38,705 bases of DNA from Treponema sp. UBA4232 (GCA_002396325.1 DGXM01000093.1:1-38705); one strand, 5' to 3'; counted from the stretch's first letter, positions 7,954 to 17,894 are shown. The notes: generated from the letters alone by a model not told the origin. Numbers and translations are program-made.

Positions 7954-9873
7954 ATGAGCCGAGCACTTTGTTTTCATCTGGATTTGAATGTCTCAGACAT
8001 TTTGAGCCGTGGAGCCCTGGATCATATGTATCAGCAGGGGCTTAAACCCGTGCTTTCATTTCTGTTTTCGCATCCAAAATTTCCCTTGGCACTTTCCATT
8101 CCCGGAACTGCGGTTGAGTATTTGGCGAATGGATATCCCGAAGCCATAGATGTGCTGCGTGAACTTGTTGCCAGAAACCAGATTGAAATTGAAGGCGGAG
8201 GATATTACCTTCCGATTCTTCCTATGCAGCTTCCCGTGGACCGCAGCGGACAGATTGAAAAACTGACGGCCTGTGTGAGGGAGAATTTCGGAAAAAGACC
8301 CCGTGGACTTTCTCTCTTCGGCAGCATTTGGGACCCTTCGCTTACGATAACATTCCAGGCTTGCGGAATAGAATATGTGCTTCTTGATGAGTCACTCATC
8401 CCCGGAAGAATTCAGAGATTTTGTCCGGTCATTTGTTCAGAGCAGGGAAAAAATGTGAAAATTCTTCCTGTCTGTGAGGATTTGGTTCCTGCAAAAAAGG
8501 AGTCTTTCCAGGAATGGGTTTCCCGTCTGCAGCAGGCATTTTCTTCGGACGATATTGCAAACAGAATTGTTTGTATTTCAGTTACAGGTGAAGATTTTTA
8601 CTCGCTCATCTCCAGAGGATTTTTCGACTCTTTTGAAATTCCTGAATTCGAGTTGACACTTCCAAGTCTCTTTTTCAAAACTCCGAGACGTCTGCAGAAT
8701 GTCTATCTTCCAGCCGGAATGAAGCCCTGCATTTCACGTTGGACTGAATCTCCATATGTGGATAATCCCGGCAAATCAACCTATACCGTGTATGATTTTT
8801 TCAACAGCTATCCGCAGAACAGGAAACTCTACGAAAGAATGATGTATGTTTCCATGCTTATAAGCCAGTGCCATGGCGGCGACAAAATGAGGAAAAAAGC
8901 GGCTCAGGAAAAATTGTGGGAGGCACAGTGCGCATACCATTTCATTTCCCTTCCGTCAGGGCTTCCGGCGGTTGTGCAGAAAAGACAGATGGCATACCGT
9001 CATTTGAGCGAGGCTGAGCATTACATACGCGAAAGCAAAGAGTTTATTGAAACCGTAACTTCCTACGACTACGACAACAATGGTCTGAATGAATACATCT
9101 GCCAGATGGAGCATTTCAATGCCGTGATTTCTCCGGTGGGCGGTCAGGTTGTTTCTCTGAACATCATTCCGTCGGGTGGAAATTATGCAGCTGGACTTTC
9201 CCGCATAAAAAAATTTGATGGTCAGGACGACACTTACACACGAGGTTTGTTTTCGGAGCATCTCATAGAAAAGGAAATGCGGAATGATTTTTTTAACGGT
9301 GGTTCAGGGACAAATCTTTTTTCCAACATCACTTTCTGCGAAAAAAAATTCGATGCCAAGAGAAAAGAAATACAGATGGAGGGGCAGGGTGTCTTCTCTT
9401 CTCTGAATCTTCCGGTTCTTTTGAAAAAAAACATAATTGTTTCCTCGAACGGATTCATCGTGCAGTACATTTTGAAAAATGAAAGTCCTTTTCCGCTGCA
9501 GGGAATTTTTGCGATTGAAATGAATCTTGCGGAAACACAGCCGCGTCAGGAAAACAGTCAGTATTCGCTTGAATTGGTTCAGGACGGAAACCGTGTACCT
9601 CTGGATGAAAAGAAACTTACACTTGAAAAAGGAGCCTCCCTTCTTCAGCTTGCGGACAAATCCGGCAAAGTTGTGTTCCTGTTTGAGCCGAATGAAGAAT
9701 CAGGATTCTACACAGAAATAATTCCTTTCTCGCGTCCTGTGTCAGAGTCTGAAATCGAAGTTGTGACAAAATCCCGCACCGTGAGATTTTTCTGGAATGT
9801 TGATTTGGCGGCCGACCGGGCAATGGAAAAAACAATCAGCTGCACAATAATGCCCTCCCATCGCAAGTTGTAG
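7954..9873 (+). CDS. GH57 4-alpha-glucanotransferase-like protein (DUF1925/DUF1926 architecture), probably inactive
   Basis: QIEIEGGGYYLPILP, FGKRPRG, EAQC, DYDNNGLNEY; nucleophile motif altered to LFGSIW. Confidence 0.82.
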   Translation: MSRALCFHLDLNVSDILSRGALDHMYQQGLKPVLSFLFSHPKFPLALSIPGTAVEYLANGYPEAIDVLRELVARNQIEIEGGGYYLPILPMQLPVDRSGQIEKLTACVRENFGKRPRGLSLFGSIWDPSLTITFQACGIEYVLLDESLIPGRIQRFCPVICSEQGKNVKILPVCEDLVPAKKESFQEWVSRLQQAFSSDDIANRIVCISVTGEDFYSLISRGFFDSFEIPEFELTLPSLFFKTPRRLQNVYLPAGMKPCISRWTESPYVDNPGKSTYTVYDFFNSYPQNRKLYERMMYVSMLISQCHGGDKMRKKAAQEKLWEAQCAYHFISLPSGLPAVVQKRQMAYRHLSEAEHYIRESKEFIETVTSYDYDNNGLNEYICQMEHFNAVISPVGGQVVSLNIIPSGGNYAAGLSRIKKFDGQDDTYTRGLFSEHLIEKEMRNDFFNGGSGTNLFSNITFCEKKFDAKRKEIQMEGQGVFSSLNLPVLLKKNIIVSSNGFIVQYILKNESPFPLQGIFAIEMNLAETQPRQENSQYSLELVQDGNRVPLDEKKLTLEKGASLLQLADKSGKVVFLFEPNEESGFYTEIIPFSRPVSESEIEVVTKSRTVRFFWNVDLAADRAMEKTISCTIMPSHRKL

Positions 9874-9881
9874 CAAAGACA

Positions 9882-9910
9882 TTGACGAGAAACTTTTAAT
9901 CTTCTATAAT
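9882..9910 (+). promoter_or_regulatory. sigma70 promoter of metG-femAB-deoC
   Basis: TTGACG(9882-87)-N17-TATAAT(9905-10); ATG follows 8 nt later with no SD. Confidence 0.8.
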
Positions 9911-9918
9911 ATGCAGTT

Positions 9919-12243
9919 ATGAATAGAAGACTTATTACCTCAGCATTACCTTATGTGAACAATATTCCGCACCTTGGAAACCTCATTCAGGTTCTGAGTG
10001 CCGATGTTTTTGCCCGCTTCTGCCGGAGCCGCGGCTATGAAACCCTTTATATCTGCGGCACAGATGAATATGGAACTGCAACCGAAACACGCGCTCTTGA
10101 AGAAGGAAAGACTTCCCGCGAACTCTGCGATTATTACTACAAACAGCACGATGAAATCTACAAATGGTTCGACATTGCCTTCGATAAATTCGGACGCACA
10201 TCAAACCAAGAGTGTACTGAAATTACCCAGGGCATTTACAAAGACCTTGAGAAAAACGGATACATCACCGAGCACATAAACAAGCAGCCTTTCTGTCCAA
10301 AGTGCCAGCGTTATCTTGCAGACCGTTTCGTCCGCGGAGTCTGTCCGAAATGCGGTTACGACGATGCCCGTGGTGACCAGTGTGAAAAGTGCGGAGCTCT
10401 GCTTGACCCGGTGGAACTCCAGTCGCCGCGTTGTTCCACCTGCGGTGCAACTCCTGAAATCCGCGACACAAAACATCTTTACATAAATCTTCCGGCCATT
10501 TCCGACAAACTTGATGCCTGGATGAGCAAGGCAAGCAAAGACGGCCAGTGGTCGGAAAACGCAATCAAAATCACAAAGGCATGGATCCGCGACGGTCTGA
10601 ACGAAAGAGCAATCACCCGCGACTTGAAGTGGGGAATCCCTGTTCCGCGCGAAGGGTATGAAAACAAAGTCTTCTATGTCTGGTTCAACGCTCCCATCGG
10701 ATACATTTCAATCACAAAGCAGCTTGAAAATGAACTCAAGGCCGCCGGAAAGCCCTCTTTCGATTACAAGAGCTGGTGGCTTCCTGAAGAAAGTGAAGAG
10801 GCAAAAGGAAAGCCTCCTGTGGATTTGTTCCAGTTCATCGGAAAAGACAATATTCCGTTTCATACGGTTGTGTTCCCCTGCAGTCAGCTTGGAAGCGGTC
10901 ACAACTGGACCAAGCTCTACCATATGTCGTCAACCGAATACCTGAATTACGAAGACGGAAAATTCTCAAAGAGCAAGGGAGTCGGTGTGTTCGGTTCCGA
11001 TGCAAAGGAAAGCGGAATCAAGGCAGATGCATGGAGATTCTACATTTTCTACAACAGACCGGAAAAGCAGGACTATCAGTTCACTTGGAAGGAATTCCGC
11101 GAAAAGTACAACGGTGAGCTCATCGGAAATCTGGGAAACCTCGTGAACCGCACATTGCTTTTTGTAAACAAATATTACGAGGGAAAAATCCCTGACGCTC
11201 CTGTTGATGAAGAGATGTGGAAGCAGATCCGTGAGCATGAGAAAAAGATGACGGACCTTCTTGAATGGGCAGAACTCAAGGACGCATTCCATGAAGTGTT
11301 TGCAATAAGCGACATCGGAAACAAGGCATTCCAGGATGGCGAACCGTGGAAGACACGCACGACGGATCCTGAAGCCGCCGCAAAGCTCATCCACAATCTC
11401 TGCTATATGATAAAGGATCTGATGATTATGGCTCATCCTTATCTTCCGCAGTTCAGCGAGACAATCCTTGGATATCTCGGAAAGAAAATCTCTGAACCGA
11501 AATTGAACGAGGCAGCTGTCGAAGGCGGACTCAATTGGAGCGATCTTGGAAATACCGAGGGACTTTCAACAGTTGGCGAAACAGCCATTTATTTCACTCC
11601 TCTTGATCAGAAGACGGCAGATGCATTCCGTGAAAAGTATGCGGGAAGTCAGAAGGACAGAAAGTCTTCCGCAGACGGAAAGAACGAAAAGAATGTGAAA
11701 AAGGCAAAGAAAGATGTAAAGAAAATCGAACTTGCAGCAGATCAGGCGGCTTTTTACAACGAAAAGATTGACCTCAGGGTTGCCGTTATTACGAAAGTCG
11801 AAAACAATCCCGAGGGTGAAAAACTTTACATTGAAACTTTGGACGACGGAAGCGGAACACCTAGAATCATTCAGAGCGGACTCCGTGATTATCTTAAGCC
11901 TGAAGACCTTCTTGGAAAGCACATCATTCTTGCCGCAAACCTTGCACCACGCAAAATGAGGGGAATTGAAAGCCATGGAATGCTCCTTGCGGCCGACTAC
12001 AAAAATGCAGAAGGCAGGGATTGTGTGGAAGTGCTTGAGGCTCCGTGGGCAAAGGCCGGAACTCCTGTTATTCTTGAAGGTGCGGACCCGGCTGTAAAAA
12101 AGCCTGAGGAAATCTCCGCCGACGAATTCTTCAAGGTGCAGGTGAATGTGGTTTCCAAGAGTGTGCAGATCAGCGGAAAGAAATTGCTTGTTGACTCAAA
12201 GGAAATAAACACTTCCTTTACCGAAAACGGAGAGGTTCATTAA
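9919..12243 (+). CDS. metG: Methionyl-tRNA synthetase with C-terminal tRNA-binding domain
   Basis: ALPYVN..PHLGN (HIGH), Zn knuckles, IGKDNI.FH, KFSKS (KMSKS), C-terminal NLAPRKMRGIESHGM. Confidence 0.97.
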   Translation: MNRRLITSALPYVNNIPHLGNLIQVLSADVFARFCRSRGYETLYICGTDEYGTATETRALEEGKTSRELCDYYYKQHDEIYKWFDIAFDKFGRTSNQECTEITQGIYKDLEKNGYITEHINKQPFCPKCQRYLADRFVRGVCPKCGYDDARGDQCEKCGALLDPVELQSPRCSTCGATPEIRDTKHLYINLPAISDKLDAWMSKASKDGQWSENAIKITKAWIRDGLNERAITRDLKWGIPVPREGYENKVFYVWFNAPIGYISITKQLENELKAAGKPSFDYKSWWLPEESEEAKGKPPVDLFQFIGKDNIPFHTVVFPCSQLGSGHNWTKLYHMSSTEYLNYEDGKFSKSKGVGVFGSDAKESGIKADAWRFYIFYNRPEKQDYQFTWKEFREKYNGELIGNLGNLVNRTLLFVNKYYEGKIPDAPVDEEMWKQIREHEKKMTDLLEWAELKDAFHEVFAISDIGNKAFQDGEPWKTRTTDPEAAAKLIHNLCYMIKDLMIMAHPYLPQFSETILGYLGKKISEPKLNEAAVEGGLNWSDLGNTEGLSTVGETAIYFTPLDQKTADAFREKYAGSQKDRKSSADGKNEKNVKKAKKDVKKIELAADQAAFYNEKIDLRVAVITKVENNPEGEKLYIETLDDGSGTPRIIQSGLRDYLKPEDLLGKHIILAANLAPRKMRGIESHGMLLAADYKNAEGRDCVEVLEAPWAKAGTPVILEGADPAVKKPEEISADEFFKVQVNVVSKSVQISGKKLLVDSKEINTSFTENGEVH

Positions 12244-13353
12244 TTGACATCGCTTCGATTTTTGCAGACTCCGTTCTGGGCAGAGTTCAAGGAAAACCAC
12301 GGATGGAAAGCTCTTTATTTTTCACTTGACGCAAACAATAAGCTTTCCAAACTGGATTCCTACGGAACATCGAACAATTCAGATAATTCTCTCACTGTGC
12401 TGATTCGATGCATAAAGGGATTTTCACTTGCATATATTCCGATGGCTCCTGAATTTAAAGGAAGAACTGACCCTTCACTTCCTGTAAGCGGAGATGAGAG
12501 AAATGCTTATCTTGAAAAACTTTTTTCTCTTGCCGAAAACCTGAAACCTTTTCTTCCTAAAAGAACTCTGTTTATCCGTTTTGACCCTCCCGTTGATTTC
12601 ACCGGCATTGAATACAGGAGTTCTTTTGCTCATGATCCGGTGCCGAAAAATCTCCATATAAAAAAGAGCCATGTTGACGTTCAGCCTCCGGACACGGTTC
12701 TTCTTTCGCTTGAAAAATCCGAGGAAGAAATTCTTTCGGAAATGAAAAGCAAGTGGAGATACAATATCCGTCTGGCAGGAAAAAAAGGAGTTGAAGTTTC
12801 CCGGCATTATGCAACGGATGCTGATTTTGAAGATGCATTCGAAGCTTTCTACAATCTTTTCGAACAGACATCAAAAAGAGACGGCGTGAGTTTTCACGGA
12901 AAGGCGTACTATAAGGACCTGCTTGAACGGGGCATTCCTTCAGAAGATGAATCGAAACCGAAGATTACACTCTATCTTGCAAAGCATGAAAACGACTGTC
13001 TTGCCGGGATAATCACTTTGTTCTGCGAAAGGGAAGCGGTGTATCTTTACGGTGCAAGCGGAAACATCAAGAGAAATCTTATGCCAGCATATCTTCTTCA
13101 GTGGACGGCGATTCAGGACGCAAAAAAAGAAGGATGCCCGGTGTACGATTTTTACGGATGTCCTCCGACTGATGACGAAAACCACCCGATGCACGGACTC
13201 TTTTTGTTCAAGACAGGCTTCGGTGGAAAGCTGATTCACAGACCCGGAAGTTTCGATATTCCGACCTCGGCTCTCTACGGATTTTACGATGCTGCGGAAA
13301 AACTCAGGGCCTGGTGGCATAGGAAGGCACTTAAAAAACTCGGCGGCCATTGA
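12244..13353 (+). CDS. FemAB/FemX-family lipid II:amino-acid (Gly) transferase
   Basis: FLQTPFWAEFK, KWRYNIRLAGKKGV, YLYGAS, YDFYG, GLFLFKTGFGG; TTG start directly after the metG stop. Confidence 0.9.
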   Translation: MTSLRFLQTPFWAEFKENHGWKALYFSLDANNKLSKLDSYGTSNNSDNSLTVLIRCIKGFSLAYIPMAPEFKGRTDPSLPVSGDERNAYLEKLFSLAENLKPFLPKRTLFIRFDPPVDFTGIEYRSSFAHDPVPKNLHIKKSHVDVQPPDTVLLSLEKSEEEILSEMKSKWRYNIRLAGKKGVEVSRHYATDADFEDAFEAFYNLFEQTSKRDGVSFHGKAYYKDLLERGIPSEDESKPKITLYLAKHENDCLAGIITLFCEREAVYLYGASGNIKRNLMPAYLLQWTAIQDAKKEGCPVYDFYGCPPTDDENHPMHGLFLFKTGFGGKLIHRPGSFDIPTSALYGFYDAAEKLRAWWHRKALKKLGGH

Positions 13354-13380
13354 TTTTAGAGACAACTTTGGGAGATTCAA

Positions 13381-14076
13381 ATGACAAGAAATGAAATGGC
13401 AGGGATGATTGATCAGACGAATCTTTCTCCGTGCTCCACAAAAGAAAAGATTGAGTCTTTTTTGAACGAGGCATTGAAGTACAATTTTGCTTCTGTCTGC
13501 ATAAATCCTGTATGGGTTCCGCTTGCATCTTCTGTGATGAAGGGGCGTGAAACCAAGGTCTGCACGGTGATAGATTTTCCGCTCGGAGCGGGAAGTACAG
13601 ACTCAAAGAAAATGCAGGCAAGAGATGTAATCTCGAAAGGTGCTGATGAGCTTGATTATGTTGTGGATCTTTCTCTTGTAAAGGCTCACGGATGGCAGGA
13701 ACTTTCTTCTTCTCTCTGCGATATTTCACAAGATGCAAAAAACTTTGCTCAAGAAAAATCCCTGCTTTTAAAGCTGATTATTGAAACCTGTTTTCTTGAG
13801 GATGATGAGATAAAAGAAACCTGTCTCTGTGCAAAAGACGCCGGTTTTGATTTTGTAAAGACTTCGACAGGTTTTGCAATTCTCAAAAACGGATCTGCGA
13901 ATGGAGCCACGGTTCACGCGGTGTCTCTTATGCGGAAGACAGTAGGTGACAAAATGGGAGTGAAGGCAAGCGGAGGAATACACACAACGGAAGAGGCACT
14001 TGCTCTTGTGGATGCAGGCGCAAACCGTATAGGTGCATCCAGCGGAATTGCGATTGTGGAAGGTCTTTCAGAGTGA
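13381..14076 (+). CDS. deoC: Deoxyribose-phosphate aldolase
   Basis: VCTVIDFPLG, KLIIETC, FVKTSTGF, VKASGGI, RIGASS; SD GGAG. Confidence 0.96.
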   Translation: MTRNEMAGMIDQTNLSPCSTKEKIESFLNEALKYNFASVCINPVWVPLASSVMKGRETKVCTVIDFPLGAGSTDSKKMQARDVISKGADELDYVVDLSLVKAHGWQELSSSLCDISQDAKNFAQEKSLLLKLIIETCFLEDDEIKETCLCAKDAGFDFVKTSTGFAILKNGSANGATVHAVSLMRKTVGDKMGVKASGGIHTTEEALALVDAGANRIGASSGIAIVEGLSE

Positions 14077-14089
14077 AAATGGAACAGAC

Positions 14090-15055
14090 TCAGACTGTCT
14101 GCCATTCATAAGCGGCTTCTGTTGCCCGCCATAACATCCTGTTTGAATCCATCCTGAATGAAACAAGCCCTCTGTCGTAAAGACTTGAAAGGTAGGATTT
14201 TATAGTGCTTCCGATGAGTACGAATTGTCCCAGTTTCATTTCAAGACCTGCGTAGTCTGCCACAGCTTCGACAACTTCTTCGTGGGTGAGTTCGGCTTTT
14301 TTCAGCACATTGAGAATCAGGGTTTCTGTTTCAAGGGTCACGATTATGTTCATTTCGGCAACAGCCTGGATTGTGTCGCCTTCCATGCAGTCGCCGTGGC
14401 TTGGAATGTAAAAATCAGCGGGTATGGATTCGATTTTTTTTATTGAATCGCGGAATCGAAGCGGATCTATCATAAACGGAATCCAGTATTTTTTGAGCAT
14501 CCTGATGCCGAAACAAGAATCTCCAAGGAAAAAAGAGGATTTTCCGTCCCTGCCGTCGTGCACAAGATATCCCAACTGTTCGAAGTAGTGGCCGGAAAGT
14601 GAGAAACATTCTATGGTAATTCCGTCTTCGATTTCGATAGTCTCTTCTTTGAGTATGCGTGTGGCGGAACTGCCTTCCTGAAGGGAAAAACTGAGTCCGG
14701 AAAGTTCCTTGAAAGGTGCGGCTCCGTAATAGAGTACAATCATGCTTTCCGGAAAATCCATCACACGGCTTTCTTTGAAAGATGCCCAGATTTCACAATC
14801 TTCTGTTTCCCGGATTATCTCCGCATTGCCTCCAGTGTGGTCTGAATGAGCGTGAGTATTCAATATGACGCTTAATTTTTTTTCGGGGAACAAATCTTTT
14901 ACGGCTTTACAAATTTCATTTCCGTCTTCTGTGCAGGTTCCGGAATCTATGATATAAACTTTTTTTTCCGTTGCAATGACACCGATATTGGTTGTATGCG
15001 GAAAAAAGCCCACGTGGCCGGAGAGTTTTATGAAATGTTCTTTGTCTATCGGCAT
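14090..15055 (-). CDS. MBL-fold metallo-hydrolase (start moved to ATG 15055)
   Basis: IIDSG, THAHSDHTGG (HxHxDH), LSGH, FLGD, IPSHG; SD GGAG 7 nt before ATG15055. Confidence 0.88.
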   Translation of the reverse strand: MPIDKEHFIKLSGHVGFFPHTTNIGVIATEKKVYIIDSGTCTEDGNEICKAVKDLFPEKKLSVILNTHAHSDHTGGNAEIIRETEDCEIWASFKESRVMDFPESMIVLYYGAAPFKELSGLSFSLQEGSSATRILKEETIEIEDGITIECFSLSGHYFEQLGYLVHDGRDGKSSFFLGDSCFGIRMLKKYWIPFMIDPLRFRDSIKKIESIPADFYIPSHGDCMEGDTIQAVAEMNIIVTLETETLILNVLKKAELTHEEVVEAVADYAGLEMKLGQFVLIGSTIKSYLSSLYDRGLVSFRMDSNRMLWRATEAAYEWQTV

Positions 15056-15077
15056 TATTGTACTCCGGATTTCAGGG

Positions 15078-15159
15078 AAAAAACAGGGCTGTCCAATAAG
15101 CTCGTTGCATGGCGTCATTCCGAAGCAAGTTCAGCATGACGATTCTTTTTAGACAGCCC
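15078..15159 (-). terminator. Long inverted repeat plus U-tract after greA, with an inner palindrome
   Basis: GGGCTGTCCAATAAG(15086-100) vs CTTTTTAGACAGCCC(15145-59), 13/15 IR; inner CGTCAT/ATGACG; TGTTTTTT follows on the minus strand. Confidence 0.65.
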
Positions 15160-15170
15160 CATTGTTGATT

Positions 15171-17894
15171 TTAGAATTTTGCAGCGGTAATTGAAACAAC
15201 CGTCAGATCGAACTGATTACCATCGATGCTGAACTTGCGGTTTTCATTCACCTTTGCACCCATAATATGCTCGCCGCGGGGTGAGTTGTACGAAAGGATT
15301 CCGTTTTCAATATTTGACTCCCACGGTCCAAGGATTGTGTAGACAAGATCCGTATTGTTGATGTTGTCATGCAGCGTGACCTTTGTACCGAATGAAACAA
15401 AGGAAGTCGTAACTGTGTTCGGATCGAAAATCACAGCCTGAGCCAGCTGATCCTTGAGGATTCCGAGGTTTCTGTTTTCGATGCTCTGTCTTTCGCGTGC
15501 GGAAGAATATTCGGCGTTCTCTTTCAAGTCTCCCTTTGCACGGGCTTCTGCAACTTCCTTTGCAATCTGGGGAAGAAGAACCTTTTCAATGTTTTCAGCT
15601 TCCTGTCTCTTCGCTTCAAGCATCTGTGCAGTAACGAGAAGTCCTTTCGGTACTTCCTGCTCAATCTCTGCTTCCTGGAATTTGAAATCAGGATATTTTG
15701 CAATTATGCCGTTGCGCAACTGTGTCTTGTATGTAATCTCAAGGTCGCGGATGTCATTGACCAGTGTGTACATACGGGTAATCACACTCTCGTCATTTTC
15801 CATCATGTAGTCGAGGATGTTGTTGTGGGTCTTTCCGTCTTCTCCCTTTTCAGCGAACAGAAGCTGGACAGCCGCTTTGATGGTCTTTTTGTTCTCAGTT
15901 GTGTTCACATGGTTGTTGACTTCGCGGTAGCACTGTGAAATGATGTTTACAAGAGTAATAAGCTGTTTCTCATACGGGATGTTCACTGCCTTGTACCATT
16001 CTTCATTGCGGCATTCCTTGAAGAAATAAATCACTGCATTGCTGTTGTTGCGGTAATTTTCAAAACAGTCCTGCACAAGATGTTTCACAAGCTCCTCACG
16101 GCCTTCGGCAAGAAGTTTGTCGAGCATCTTTTTCTTCAGCACCACAGGGAACAGACGCACAAACTGAGTGTCCCAATCGCTCAGATATTTTCCCACATAC
16201 TTTATGAACTCATCTTTGATAGTTGATGACTTAATGTTTGTATAAAGCTCCCTGGGATTGTCGATGTCTGCATACAAATCCGCAAAACTGAATTTTGAGT
16301 TTGTTGTAAATGCAGAGTGGCGTTCGGCAACGTACTGTGTGACCAAGTAAGAGGAAACAACCTGCTCATCCACATTGTTGATTGCCTTGAGATAGCTTCC
16401 GAAATAATTGAACATATCGCGGAAGATTTCATCCGTAATGTCAGTGTTGCTTTCAATGTAGCGCAGAAGGATTTCAACTCTCGGGAAGAACTGTTTCTCC
16501 GCCTTGAATTCATTTCCAAATCTTTCGGCTTCGTTGAGTTTGTGATCACGGACGATATATTGATTTGCATTGTTCGGGTTGACTGCAAAAAGCTGATTGT
16601 CACGGAGGACACGCTGTGCTTTCTGATGCCAGCTCGGCCACTCGTTTGCACTGAGGATTGAAGGAACCAATTCAGCCTTGATCATCTTGTCGTCGCAGGC
16701 ATTGTTGTAGCTTGAGATGATGCTCTTCAATGTGCCGGCCACGTTTGCTTTGACTGCGGCGGCAAGCTTTTCCTTCTTGATTGTTGCTTTTTTCACCCAG
16801 AAATGATCGGCACTGAGCGGCTGAAGGGCTGAAACCGCAAGAGAGAGGGCGATTTCCTTTTCACCGGTTTTCTGTCCGAAGTTGATTCTCAGTTTGTCTC
16901 CCGAAACGTTTGTGATTCTTCCCACATGCCATGTTCCGTGGTAGACATAATTTCCCTTTGCGAAGGCTATGTTCTTTTCGAAATCGCTGATTGCCTCGAA
17001 TACGTTTCTTGCGCAAGGCTCAAGCTGTGATTTTCTTATTGCATCCTCAATGTCTTTTCCGTTGTAATATTCGCGGTAACATTCAACAAGTTCCTTACGC
17101 GCATTTGTGTCTTTGTTGTCGATGGCAAGGATGTCTTTGAGCAGAGAAATTGCGGTTGACCAGTTTGCTGTGTTCTTGAAATAATTATAGAGAGCCTCAA
17201 GGAGCTGAATGGCTTTTTCCTCTCCGATGACTTTGAGAACTTTCTTTTCAACCATAAGGAAGAAGTCAAGTTCTTTTGCAAGATTTCCACTGTTCAGGAA
17301 AATCAGTTTTGACCAAAGTTCTTTTACGGCGGTGAAATTTTTAGCAGACACATAGCGTGTGATGGCCATTTTGTAATATGTGATGGCAAGCTCTTCGTTC
17401 TGCTGTTTTTCATAGCGGTCTCCGAGCATCTTTGCAATGTCGGCTTCCTCGAAATCGAGCTGCACAATCTTCTTGTACAAATCCCAGGCACGCTGATCGT
17501 CATTCTTCTTGTAATATGCGGCCAGTTTGCGGAGTGCGAATCTGTTGTTGGGGTCCTCTTCAAGAATCATGTCGCAGAGCTGTTCAACAAGCTGTTCCTT
17601 TGAAATGTTCTTTTCGAAAATATCAACAAGGGTTTCCAATGAACTGTTGTCCAGTGAGCCTGATTTCAGTGAAATCATACCTGAAAGATAAAGTGCTACG
17701 AGGCTTTCCTTTGTGAGGTTAAGCTGTTCATCGCAGATTGCCTTGATCTGTTCAGCTGAATCTTCGGCATAAGTGCGCTTAAGAACTTCTGACAGTTCTG
17801 TCAATTTGTTTTTGGTGAAATCATTGATTCCTGCACGGGTCCATGTTGATTCCTTTAACATTTCACGGACAGAATTCTCAAGTTCCTCTGACAT
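15171..17894 (-). CDS. greA: Long spirochete-type transcription elongation factor GreA
   Basis: C-terminal ARAKGDLKENAEY, VSFGTKVTL, YTILGPWES, SYNSP; ~750-aa helical N-terminal extension; SD AGGAG. Confidence 0.93.
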   Translation of the reverse strand: MSEELENSVREMLKESTWTRAGINDFTKNKLTELSEVLKRTYAEDSAEQIKAICDEQLNLTKESLVALYLSGMISLKSGSLDNSSLETLVDIFEKNISKEQLVEQLCDMILEEDPNNRFALRKLAAYYKKNDDQRAWDLYKKIVQLDFEEADIAKMLGDRYEKQQNEELAITYYKMAITRYVSAKNFTAVKELWSKLIFLNSGNLAKELDFFLMVEKKVLKVIGEEKAIQLLEALYNYFKNTANWSTAISLLKDILAIDNKDTNARKELVECYREYYNGKDIEDAIRKSQLEPCARNVFEAISDFEKNIAFAKGNYVYHGTWHVGRITNVSGDKLRINFGQKTGEKEIALSLAVSALQPLSADHFWVKKATIKKEKLAAAVKANVAGTLKSIISSYNNACDDKMIKAELVPSILSANEWPSWHQKAQRVLRDNQLFAVNPNNANQYIVRDHKLNEAERFGNEFKAEKQFFPRVEILLRYIESNTDITDEIFRDMFNYFGSYLKAINNVDEQVVSSYLVTQYVAERHSAFTTNSKFSFADLYADIDNPRELYTNIKSSTIKDEFIKYVGKYLSDWDTQFVRLFPVVLKKKMLDKLLAEGREELVKHLVQDCFENYRNNSNAVIYFFKECRNEEWYKAVNIPYEKQLITLVNIISQCYREVNNHVNTTENKKTIKAAVQLLFAEKGEDGKTHNNILDYMMENDESVITRMYTLVNDIRDLEITYKTQLRNGIIAKYPDFKFQEAEIEQEVPKGLLVTAQMLEAKRQEAENIEKVLLPQIAKEVAEARAKGDLKENAEYSSARERQSIENRNLGILKDQLAQAVIFDPNTVTTSFVSFGTKVTLHDNINNTDLVYTILGPWESNIENGILSYNSPRGEHIMGAKVNENRKFSIDGNQFDLTVVSITAAKF

